A stretch of 64,000 nt of DNA, counting the filler, from Octopus bimaculoides (lineage: Eukaryota): the NCBI RefSeq assembly GCF_001194135.2. It is 5 parts of 5 records of this genome, joined end to end, with 100 filler letters (N's around TTAATTAATTAA, not from the genome) between each part and the next. Parts side by side here need not be neighbours in the genome. Positions count along the whole stretch, not along the records: positions 43,570 to 62,852 come from NC_068987.1; positions 62,953 to 64,000 come from NW_026388394.1; 3 more parts are not named here. The stretch is one strand, 5' to 3'. The stretch's first letter is position 1; each line of letters starts with the position of its first letter. Below are positions 52,621 through 64,000 of the stretch, one piece after another. The position numbers and the translations under genes were made by a program. A model generated the notes under the pieces. The model searched no databases. It was given only the letters and a program-made list of their open reading frames with translations, and was not told the DNA's origin.

Positions 52621-52838
52621 CGAGAGGGTGCTGAAAAGTTCTTGGTTTTAAGGGTATCGCGAAAGGCCTGGTTGGAGGCTCAACCTTCCGAGTTCTGTAA
52701 CAGGACTTAGAAAAACCGGAAAGATTGCTGCAGTAAGAGTGTGAATCTGAGAGAAGAATATGCTGAATTAGAATCATAATGAACTGATCCTCCTGTATTC
52801 CCTTTTACTCAAAGGCAGAAACTTTTCAGCACCCCTCG
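52621..52838 (+). mobile_element. Mariner-derived MITE (218 bp)
   Basis: TIRs CGAG(A)GGGTGCTGAAAAGTT and AACTTTTCAGCACCCCTCG; internal C-terminal remnant CSKSVNLREEYAE. Confidence 0.85.
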
Positions 52839-52859
52839 CATATATTTGTATATATCTAT

Positions 52860-52929
52860 AGGCACAGGAGTGGCTGTGTGATAAGTAGCTTGCTTACTAA
52901 ACACAGCTCCGGGTTCAGTCCCACTGCAT
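52860..52929 (+). mobile_element. SINE family B head running into a gap
   Basis: AGGCACAGGAGTGGCTGTGTGATAAGTAGCTTGCTTAC..GGGTTCAGTCCCACTGC. Confidence 0.8.
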
Positions 52930-53712
52930 NNNNNNNNNNNNNNNNNNNNNNNNNNNNNNNNNNNNNNNNNNNNNNNNNNNNNNNNNNNNNNNNNNNNNNN
53001 NNNNNNNNNNNNNNNNNNNNNNNNNNNNNNNNNNNNNNNNNNNNNNNNNNNNNNNNNNNNNNNNNNNNNNNNNNNNNNNNNNNNNNNNNNNNNNNNNNNN
53101 NNNNNNNNNNNNNNNNNNNNNNNNNNNNNNNNNNNNNNNNNNNNNNNNNNNNNNNNNNNNNNNNNNNNNNNNNNNNNNNNNNNNNNNNNNNNNNNNNNNN
53201 NNNNNNNNNNNNNNNNNNNNNNNNNNNNNNNNNNNNNNNNNNNNNNNNNNNNNNNNNNNNNNNNNNNNNNNNNNNNNNNNNNNNNNNNNNNNNNNNNNNN
53301 NNNNNNNNNNNNNNNNNNNNNNNNNNNNNNNNNNNNNNNNNNNNNNNNNNNNNNNNNNNNNNNNNNNNNNNNNNNNNNNNNNNNNNNNNNNNNNNNNNNN
53401 NNNNNNNNNNNNNNNNNNNNNNNNNNNNNNNNNNNNNNNNNNNNNNNNNNNNNNNNNNNNNNNNNNNNNNNNNNNNNNNNNNNNNNNNNNNNNNNNNNNN
53501 NNNNNNNNNNNNNNNNNNNNNNNNNNNNNNNNNNNNNNNNNNNNNNNNNNNNNNNNNNNNNNNNNNNNNNNNNNNNNNNNNNNNNNNNNNNNNNNNNNNN
53601 NNNNNNNNNNNNNNNNNNNNNNNNNNNNNNNNNNNNNNNNNNNNNNNNNNNNNNNNNNNNNNNNNNNNNNNNNNNNNNNNNNNNNNNNNNNNNNNNNNNN
53701 NNNNNNNNNNNN

Positions 53713-53748
<36 letters not shown>

Positions 53749-54543
53749 TTTCTATATACAAAGATAAAAACTTATACATATACACGTCTCTCTCTCTCTC
53801 TCCCCTCTTTGTCTCCGCTCCACCCCCCTCTGTCTCCAAATATGAAAACGCCAAAGTTAACGTCATTGACAACTTACGCTCTTGATTTTCGAAGTTGCTC
53901 TTTTACTAGGTCTTCGTAAACTGATCTTTAATCCGAATCTTCGTTCTTGCAACCCATTCTTCACGATGGACTACAACAACTAACTATAGAAAATCCTACG
54001 GAAGAGATGTGGAATATACGGGAATATAACATGACTGAGGCATTTCATTTGACGCTTCTACAGCCTGGATTCTTTGCTGATGGTGTTGGTTCAACAAGAA
54101 TTTCCAAGAATGTATTTTTTGTTACTAATTAGCAAAAATGATTCTTTAAAGCATTCCAAAGTCTTAATATGCAATGTTCTACTCACACCCAGAAAATAAA
54201 AACTGTTCTGCAGATATGAACCTTAGTATAAAGGCTAAGTTGACTTTAAAAAGGTTCTCTTCTGGAATTTTTCCCAAGGATATCGAGGTGCCCGAACTGA
54301 TTTAGAATCTCCTCTCCAGTGTGTAGTCATTGAAAATAAAAGAGCCTATGTATCTGTGAAAGTAGGGTGTTGGCTATTTGTTGCTTTGTTGCGCTTTTAA
54401 GAATGTAGGAACGGTGAAACATGCGATTGTTAAATGACCTCGGTTTTCTGGGCAGTAATACACACATACTCACGCACATATACACATAAATGCACAAACG
54501 CGAATATATACACACACACTCATCCTTAATTCATATAACTGTA

Positions 54544-54624
<81 letters not shown>

Positions 54625-55717
54625 TTCTATCTATCTATATCTACATACTTATATATCGCTCTATCTATCACGTTCCTCATCTGAGTAATTATACATGGCC
54701 ACAAGTAGTTATTTCACAAATGTAAAAGAACGATGAGACAGAGGGTGAAGGAGTGGAGATAAGAAGTGTAGAATGGGATGAAAGAGGGAGGTGGATAGAG
54801 GAGAAAAGCGAAAGAGAAAAGAAGTAGCGTTGTGTATACGATAGAAAAAGTACAGCACTAAACAGAAAAGAACGGAAAAGAAAAACACAACTAAAATGAC
54901 TTAAGCTAGAATGTCAATAGTTTGGACTATCAAACCCTGCCCTAAGTTTTCTAAACTATCGTCTCCAATATCTATGGATTCTACATGATTTATTCCACAA
55001 CTATCTCATTAGATGCGTTCTAACAATCAACACTGTATGTACAAGTTAACATTTCTTCTGTATCAAATGTCTATTTCTTTTTCACTGAATATCGTTTTTT
55101 TTTATTTGTGTTTCACCTCGCCCGCCCAGCTGAAACTAATGTAATATATTATTACCTTATCGACAGGAATCTATGGACAGAAAATCGAAAAACCAGCCAG
55201 CACAACCGCCATCATTACAATAACAACAAAGAAACAACCAACAATTGAATGACCTTCCCTGACACATCTGCTCACATTCTAAGGAAAACACAATGAAGTA
55301 AAGAATTCATAGCGAGGCTTGTGTATGTGCGTTTGAGAATCACATTATTATGTTTAACATGAGTGGATTATTGGAATCTTTAGAGCATCGGATAAAATGG
55401 TTTGTGATACTTTGTCACGACTCTTAACATTCTGAGTTCATGTCCCACTGAGATCAACTTTTCGTCATTATCCCTCCTGGGTCAGCAAAAGAAATTGCCA
55501 ATTAAACACTTGTTTGATTTCCTCATTTAACATCTCCCTTGTCGCTTGTAGGAAATTAATATTTCTTCAGAAGTTACATTTTTTTCCATACTTCACTGTA
55601 CAATCGAGCATAACTCTGCCCGCCTTCATTACATAAATTGCTTTGTTTTACTTTTTGAATGTACTTTATATATTTATACATACATACATGCACACACACA
55701 CACACTCACACACACAC

Positions 55718-55819
<102 letters not shown>

Positions 55820-57137
55820 GCATATAAATATATATATATATGTATGTGTGTATGTATTTATGTATTTATGTGTGTGTGTGTGCATGTATATATGTATATA
55901 TATTTATACATATATGTAATTATTATATAGTGATAATGATAATACACACACACGCACATGCAAATTAAAAGTAAGTTTCCAAATTATGGTTGGCAGGGAT
56001 ATAGAATCCAAGTAGGTACTGTTGTCACATTATTTTCTAATTATATATAATTAGGCAGTGCCTAACGGTGTTTCTTTTCTGAATGTTATGGATGCCAATT
56101 ACTACTAGCATCTGAGCTGTGAATATACTTAAGCCTGTGCTTTTTCGTTATGTATTTGTTTGCCTTGTTTACAATAATTCTTAAGACACTAAATATTTTA
56201 GCCTTATCTCTGTTTCTAGACCTTCATATTTATTTAGTATACATATTTATTTTACATATAACATTTATTGTGTCTGATACTGCAATGTTTAAGATGGATA
56301 CTAAAATGATTCTATCCTAGGAATATTGACCATATACAGTCTGTCTGTTAACCAGGATATCTGTATCTAAGCGAATTGGCCTCTCTGATAATGGGGGTGG
56401 AGTCACTTTGATTCTATCAGAGATCGTTTCTAATTTATCGTAATACCATTACTTCTTCGTCAGCAATTCATAACACTGCTATAATTTCCAGAGTTTGGAA
56501 GCGCTGGCTGTCTTATAACAGTACATGTATTGTTTACCACATCAGTAATCGCAGCTACCAATAATAATACAACTATAAATTTACCGTCACATTCACGTGA
56601 TTAAATCTTGGGATAGTTGTTTTAGAATTCAATTTTACTCACAATACATAATCATCTGGCAACGTTTCAGTTTCGGCTATATATTTAAAATCGTTTCAAT
56701 GCCGGGCGGTAAAAACAAAGCAAAATATTAAAAAATTGCTTATTTTCACGTGAATGTTTTGTTGAAGACATTGCAAAATGAAAGATGGTAAATGTTTCAA
56801 ACATCCTACAATGGATGTTTCGAACATCCTACCTCATGAAAATGTATATGTTGACATCTTATAAAATAGAAACATGTGTACACAATTGAGCTTCTTGTCT
56901 CAAAATTCGTCTCAGTTTGTCTGTTACTTAAAAGCATTTCAAAAAATTTCTGATCCTCGAGATCATCTCCCTTTGTTACTTGGCGTTAGTCACGGGTGCC
57001 ACAAGGTATTTGCTTACGCTTCTCTTGAAGGGATAACATTTTCAATAAATCAAGTTGTTTTCTTTGTAATTTATTTGATGTAATTCACATAATATAAATT
57101 GTTCATATGTATGTCTGTCTGTATGTGTGTATGTTTG

Positions 57138-57194
<57 letters not shown>

Positions 57195-57227
57195 GTCTGT
57201 CTCCACCAACTATTCTGCCTGTATATC

Positions 57228-57392
57228 TGTGCACACCTTCCAGTGCAATGTATGTCAGAAGGTTTGCAAATATAACGGAGGCCTCAAAAGACATTTTAAG
57301 ATCTACAAAAATAAGAACTTATCTGCAGCACTTGGTGGTCCAAATCTGATAAGCAATCTATGTGAGTGGTTTAAAAAGCCACATCAGATGCC
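57228..57392 (+). pseudogene. Decayed tandem C2H2 zinc-finger remnant (probably a LINE C-terminus)
   Basis: FQCNVCQKVCKYNGGLKRHFKIY (C-x2-C-x12-H-x3-Y), then ISNLCE and frameshifted GLKSHIRC; no TGEKP linker. Confidence 0.55.
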
Positions 57393-57474
57393 TTGATGAT
57401 TCTAAGGTGTAGGTACAGGAGGTGGTCAAACGCAGCAGAAAGAATAGATACTCACCATATATATATAATCAAGA

Positions 57475-57750
57475 GACACCTGTTGTTTGCATTTGTATTT
57501 GTGTATCATTTCTCTGTTTTTTCCTTTGTTTTCATATACATTCGCTGCTTTCTTCTAAGGAATCTAGTGCTCTTAGGTTAGATTTTCCTTGGGGCTGGCT
57601 AGAATGGAGCAGTCTCGAGTATAACAGGCCGAAACTGCAAAGATGATCTGGAACTCGTCCGAGGAAAGAAAACTCCAAATGACCTGTCTTTGTTTTTTCT
57701 TGTCCCTTTTGTATCATCTGCCTGGATGTTTTGTTGTCGCCTGTTGCGTT
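57475..57750 (+). repeat. Dispersed ~280-bp repeat, copy 1
   Basis: Highly similar to 58788-59085 (e.g. ctttcttctaaggaatctagtgctcttag.ttagattttccttggggctggc). Confidence 0.85.
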
Positions 57751-58787
57751 TTTGTTTCATTTTTTTATTTTCTTTTTTATATACATATAGCGGCATACAT
57801 AAACTTTTGGTCACTTATATGTAAGTACGTACATATATATATATATATATATATANNNNNNNNNNNNNNNNNNNNNNNNNNNNNNNNNNNNNNNNNNNNN
57901 NNNNNNNNNNNNNNNNNNNNNNNNNNNNNNNNNNNNNNNNNNNNNNNNNNNNNNNNNNNNNNNNNNNNNNNNNNNNNNNNNNNNNNNNNNNNNNNNNNNN
58001 NNNNNNNNNNNNNNNNNNNNNNNNNNNNNNNNNNNNNNNNNNNNNNNNNNNNNNNNNNNNNNNNNNNNNNNNNNNNNNNNNNNNNNNNNNNNNNNNNNNN
58101 NNNNNNNNNNNNNNNNNNNNNNNNNNNNNNNNNNNNNNNNNNNNNNNNNNNNNNNNNNNNNNNNNNNNNNNNNNNNNNNNNNNNNNNNNNNNNNNNNNNN
58201 NNNNNNNNNNNTATATATATATATATATGTATAAGAAGGGATGGCCACTAAGTGGACATCAATGATGCTAGAAAGCGGTCATCAATATAATACAATTTTT
58301 CTGTATTTTCAAATTTTTTATATGCTAGGCCACTTGGTTTTAAATTGAATTAATATTCAATTTATCACCCTCTATATATATAAATAATATATATAAATTT
58401 TTTATGACTCTCTTATTCTTTCTTTCTTTCTTTCTTTCTTTCTTTCAGCCCCTTCACACTTACTTCGTTCCTTGCACTCTTCTTTCTTTCGCTGCCCCTC
58501 TCTCACATTTCTTAGTCTTCCCTTCATTCTCACCTTCCCTCCTCTTTCACTTCACTCTGTCCCTTTTTTCTTGTTCCTTTCTTTCTCGTTCCTCCCTAAT
58601 TTTTCTATCCCTCTGCCTCTACCTCTCTCCTTCCACGTCATCGGTGTTCTGCCAAGCCTGACCTTTCTTTCTTGGTTCGACTAACATCCGTGCAACATCT
58701 ATATTCCTGCTAGTAATATCGTCTGTCCCTGCGGTATGGCTTCACTTCCACACCCGCCAGCTTAATTTAATTCGTCCTTAGTCGAAA

Positions 58788-59085
58788 GACACCTGTTGTT
58801 AATGTCTTGTTGTTTGCATTTGTATTTTTGTACCATTTCTCGGGTCTTTTCCGTCCTTGTTTTCGTATACATTCAATGCTTTCTTCTAAGGAATCTAGTG
58901 CTCTTAGATTAGATTTTCCTTGGGGCTGGCCAGATTAGAGCAGTCTCGAGTATAATCAGCCGAAACTGCACAAATGATCTGGAACTCGACTGAGGATAGA
59001 AAACTCCGAATGACCCGTCCTTGTTTTTTCTTGTAACTTTTTGTATCATCTAACTGTCTGGATGCTTTGTTGTCGCCTGCTGCGT
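58788..59085 (+). repeat. Dispersed ~290-bp repeat, copy 2
   Basis: Same orientation as copy 1, about 1.3 kb downstream. Confidence 0.85.
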
Positions 59086-59739
59086 TCGTGTCCCACTTCT
59101 TGAATTCTTTATATATATATATATATATACACACGTCCAATCGCCTACATATGGGTGTGTACATTGTATTTATAGGCATACAGAAAATATGTTATATGCA
59201 GTCATGTAGCTACCTACAACTTGCATATATGCACACATATGTATGCACAGAAGCGCGCGTACTTATACTCGATATACTCTAATTTACACGTAGTGAGTGT
59301 GAGTGTGAGAGAGAGAGAAGGAGCAAGACACAGAGGAGTAGAGAGAGGTAGACATAAATAATAATATTTTACAGTCTTCAGTGTTGTAATTGTTTGAAAC
59401 CTCTGATCTCAGCTATTTCACCATGTCGTCTTTCTGTACGATATTAAAATGGAGCCTACTATATTATACATGTCTTATTATTACATTTGCTGCGTTGACG
59501 TAGGAAATCTAAGTAACCTTAGCAACAGTGTTAACTGTTCGATTCAATAGGCTTTCGATAGTTCTTTCTTTTGTTTTTCTTCTCAAAGATACGCTCTACA
59601 ACAATAATAGAAAAACACAATGCATTGCATTTATATGCGCGTGTGTGTATATGTATATACGTGCGTATGTATACACATATACAAACTGTGATATGTGTGT
59701 ATATATGTATCTATTTATATATATATATGTATGTGGCTG

Positions 59740-59773
<34 letters not shown>

Positions 59774-59884
59774 CATACACATATATATACATATATGCAC
59801 ACATATGTGTATATATATATATGTATATACGTACATATATATAAACATATATTAATGTATGTGCATATATATGTATATATACAT

Positions 59885-59934
<50 letters not shown>

Positions 59935-60002
59935 GTATGTATCTATCTATATATATATGTATATACTTACATGCATAGATAAATAGATAGACAGATACAC
60001 AC

Positions 60003-60047
<45 letters not shown>

Positions 60048-60744
60048 CATATATATATATNNNNNNNNNNNNNNNNNNNNNNNNNNNNNNNNNNNNNNNN
60101 NNNNNNNNNNNNNNNNNNNNNNNNNNNNNNNNNNNNNNNNNNNNNNNNNNNNNNNNNNNNNNNNNNNNNNNNNNNNNNNNNNNNNNNNNNNNNNNNNNNN
60201 NNNNNNNNNNNNNNNNNNNNNNNNNNNNNNNNNNNNNNNNNNNNNNNNNNNNNNNNNNNNNNNNNNNNNNNNNNNNNNNNNNNNNNNNNNNNNNNNNNNN
60301 NNNNNNNNNNNNNNNNNNNNNNNNNNNNNNNNNNNNNNNNNNNNNNNNNNNNNNNNNNNNNNNNNNNNNNNNNNNNNNNNNNNNNNNNNNNNNNNNNNNN
60401 NNNNNNNNNNNNNNNNNNNNNNNNNNNNNNNNNNNNNNNNNNNNNNNNNNNNNNNNNNNNNNNNNNNNNNNNNNNNNNNNNNNNNNNNNNNNNNNNNNNN
60501 NNNNNNNNNNNNNNNNNNNNNNNNNNNNNNNNNNNNNNNNNNNNNNNNNNNNNNNNNNNNNNNNNNNNNNNNNNNNNNNNNNNNNNNNNNNNNNNNNNNN
60601 NNNNNNGTATGTATATATATGTATATACATATATACATACATATATATATATACATACATGTATATTTATAATATATATATATGTGTATATATATATATA
60701 TATATACACATACATATACATTTATACATATATGTACGTGTACT

Positions 60745-60792
<48 letters not shown>

Positions 60793-62852
60793 TACATGTG
60801 TGTGTATATTGTATGTATTTATATACCGATATATATATATGTGTGTGTGTGTGTACTTACAGACACACACAAAAACACATGCAGCGCGCCTCCGCGAGTG
60901 CCCATGTATATATGGTATGTGCCTGTGCTTGAGTGTATCAATGTGTGTGTGTGTTTGTGGATGTACGTGTATGGAGGATGTATATCGAAGATACAGCATT
61001 TTTCCTCATAATTTCGGAAGTATAATGTCCTGCACACTTATTAGACATTGTACATAGATTGGCGGATTCCTGGATTTTACAGTTTTTGGAAGTTTCAGAA
61101 AATTTTCGTGAGTTTGTGTTGTACACATGGGAAGTCATAAGATTATTTAAAAGACTGTGTGTGTGTGTGCGTGATCTAAGGTTGATTTAACTGTGGTTTT
61201 TAGAACATCCTATGACTCACTGGTACCGTCCTCGTTTCATTGCCACTCTGACATGTATCGATGTTTGTCAATATTTTTCTCCCTATAAACACATTTAATG
61301 AAATAATGATGCACTCAAGAGTGGTCCATTGCTGGGATTTAAGTTAAAAATTCAATTTCTTAAACTCTGATTTTTAAAGAATTTCGAATATGAGTGAAAA
61401 TTGTCGCATTCATTGAGGAAGGGATTAATAAAAGAGATTATTTCTTCATAATTGTACGAATTCTCGCGAGTAGAATGTAAATTCGTAAACATTTTCTGAA
61501 AATTCCAAAACACAAACAAGTTATAATGGGTCATATGGGGTGCTTAAACCAGAATTCCGCCAGAGTTTTATTTCAATGATTGGCCTGAGGTACCGAACTA
61601 ATGAAGTGCTCACGTGGAGGACAGGAGTACGATTGACGAAAAACGCTCCGTTTCGTGTGGAATGTATGACTGACCTCCAGAACACGAGCATTGCATTTCT
61701 TCAGATTTGGAGTTGAAGTACCTATCAGTGTTTCATGGACTTGGAGGAATTGAAAGAATTGTTTAGAGAGTTTGGTATTCTTATTACATTTTCCTCCAAG
61801 CTTATTATTTTAGCATTCTTGTCTTTTCACCTGCTTGTAGTAAGTCATAGCTATGCCGAGATAGTAGTGTTTCAGTAATATCGTAATTTAACAGACGAAA
61901 CATTAACTTTTCACTTTCATTCGGATGTGTTTCGGTACCGAACGTCAGTAAATTCCCTCAGTTATATACATACATATACAAATGTAACAAGAGCGCTATT
62001 GGACCTAGGTTTGATAACATAAAGAAAGAAGTGTGTATACCATCTGTTCTGAATTATATATATATATATACTATGATATAAAATAAAGAAAATAGAGAGT
62101 GTGAACAGACAAAAATCAATTTATTCATATAATAGTGAATTTCTTGTCTCCTACGCACATTTCAATTCCCACTTTCATTCATATTTTATAATTAAAATTA
62201 TATCATTAATTTAAAAGGTAAAAAAAGGTAAAAATCTCTTTAGGGCAAAAAGTCTCATATATACCTATGTACATTCATTTACATCCTAATGGATGGAAAG
62301 CAGCATGTGTATGTGTGTTTGTGTGTCAGCATGTGTGTCTTTGGATTCTGTTCTAAAAATAGCTAGAGGTTAAACTACGATCAAAGTGGACAATGGCTAG
62401 TTGCAGTCTTGAAGAGCTAGGCCATACTACTGTTCATCCCCAATGTAATTTAGATTGTTTTTTTTTAGAGGCTGGCTGCCACTCTTCTTCCTACTCACTT
62501 GTCAGAAGTACTTATTTAACTGCAAGAATTTCAATTTTTATTATTATTACTGATTTTTATTTATTTCGATACATTAGTCTTATTTGTTCATAATTTGGCT
62601 TATTATATAAATTCTAAAATTAAAATTAATTAATTTTTACTTATTTTTATCACATGTATGGAGCTAGATCATTTTACGATGGTGAGGATGCGTTTTACTT
62701 AAAGATTTGTTCCTATGTTCATTTTAACTTTATCATTCACGAAGTGTTTATTTAAGTATAATTTACCATTTAAATTCAAACTCTATTAATGATCTACCTC
62801 CATGCATGTGATACATAGTGAATAGCACCCATGCTAAAAATACATGAAGATT

Positions 62853-62952
62853 NNNNNNNNNNNNNNNNNNNNNNNNNNNNNNNNNNNNNNNNNNNNTTAA
62901 TTAATTAANNNNNNNNNNNNNNNNNNNNNNNNNNNNNNNNNNNNNNNNNNNN
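62853..62952. other. Artificial scaffold-join linker
   Basis: N44-TTAATTAATTAA-N44. Confidence 0.9.
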
Positions 62953-64000
62953 TAGTAGTAACGGTGAGAGGCGAAGGACGAGCAACAAGAGATAGAGAGA
63001 GGCGAAGAACAGTAGAGGGAAAGAATGAGAGGAGGAGATAGATAAAGAGATAGAGAGAGTCGCGTTACAAAAATAGTTAAAACTTACTGTATAAAGGTTA
63101 ACGCGTGCGTTCTGTCGTGATACAAACAATATATGAGTATATGCATATATACGTACATGTATGTACATACCTTCATCTACACGTACATATAGATACAAAA
63201 CTGGGTACATGACGTGGCAAAAGAACATGGACAAAATGATAAACAAGGTACAACAAACAAGCAAGCCACATAGAAACATCTCCTTCATCAGCTGCCACCA
63301 TTAAAACACTGGCGTTTCGGTATGAGTGAGTGTGTTGGGGTATTTATTTATAATATTTCCTCTTTAATTATTCTAGTAATTATATTTTATTTTATTGGTA
63401 GATTAATATTTTAGGGAGTTTAAGGATTTATATTATAATGACACTACGATTTTTAAAAGACTAAATCAATAGTAGTATTTTAGCTTATTTCATAATATTA
63501 TTTAATTTACGACTTTTAGTCTTATTATTAATTTATTATATATTAGAATTTAAAATTCATTAATATGTTTTATAAGATAGCTGTGGTTTTTTATGTTGTT
63601 AGTTATATAAAGTTTAAATTTTTCTTTCATTTTTTTAAGTATTATTCTTTCATTCATGTTTTCGTATTCTATTCTCTATTTTAACGTAGTATTTTCCCGC
63701 GACCTCTTGCTTAAAACGCTATAGCCATTAGTTAACGTCTTAGCTTCAGTTTGAATTACGGAAAAATANNNNNNNNNNCTGTTTTTACTTTGCTAAAGAT
63801 TTTCTACTATTTGAAAATAATATGTATTCTTGTTTTTTATATTATTCATTTGTTTTTTAAAGATTATTTTTAATAGATAACGTATTTAACACTAAATTAT
63901 TTAGAAGTTAGAGTATCATTTCAAGAACTTCGATTTCAATAGTGTTGATGTATTTTCGATTATTTTTTATTAATAATATTTGATTAATAATTAGTCTTTA

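Noticed and set aside
56330-56680. Short protein-like minus-strand frames (ETETLPDDYV; KVTPPPLSERPIRLDTDIL)
   Set aside because: Splice phases do not join without stops and acceptors are weak.
63330-64000. Possible mitochondrial insertion (very AT-rich, strand-biased)
   Set aside because: No mitochondrial protein, tRNA or rRNA motif could be read in any frame; a nucleotide search against the mitogenome would settle it.

Overview
AT-rich, microsatellite-dense, repeat-dominated eukaryotic DNA, most likely octopus (inferred from SINE style and assembly linkers, not database-checked). No host protein-coding gene can be confidently recognised; nearly all listed ORFs are microsatellite or gap artefacts, or decayed transposon fragments. 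The window holds several tRNA-derived SINE families (locally labelled A-D), many Tc1/mariner remnants including one full-length dead mariner, and LINE remnants (CR1-like, Tx1/L1-like, RTE, and three RLE-type R4/Dong-like copies ending in (AAT)n). It also has Penelope-like (PLE) remnants and four artificial scaffold-join linkers. The most interesting signals are: (1) three dispersed minimal hammerhead-ribozyme motifs in short PLE-type repeats; (2) a 590-bp foldback MITE with an 8-bp TSD and a palindromic (CCCTAA)n(TTAGGG)n core; (3) a piggyBac-like MITE splitting a SINE; (4) a stack of RLE LINEs ending on (AAT)n; (5) a 172-bp-period triplication containing a near-perfect hairpin.
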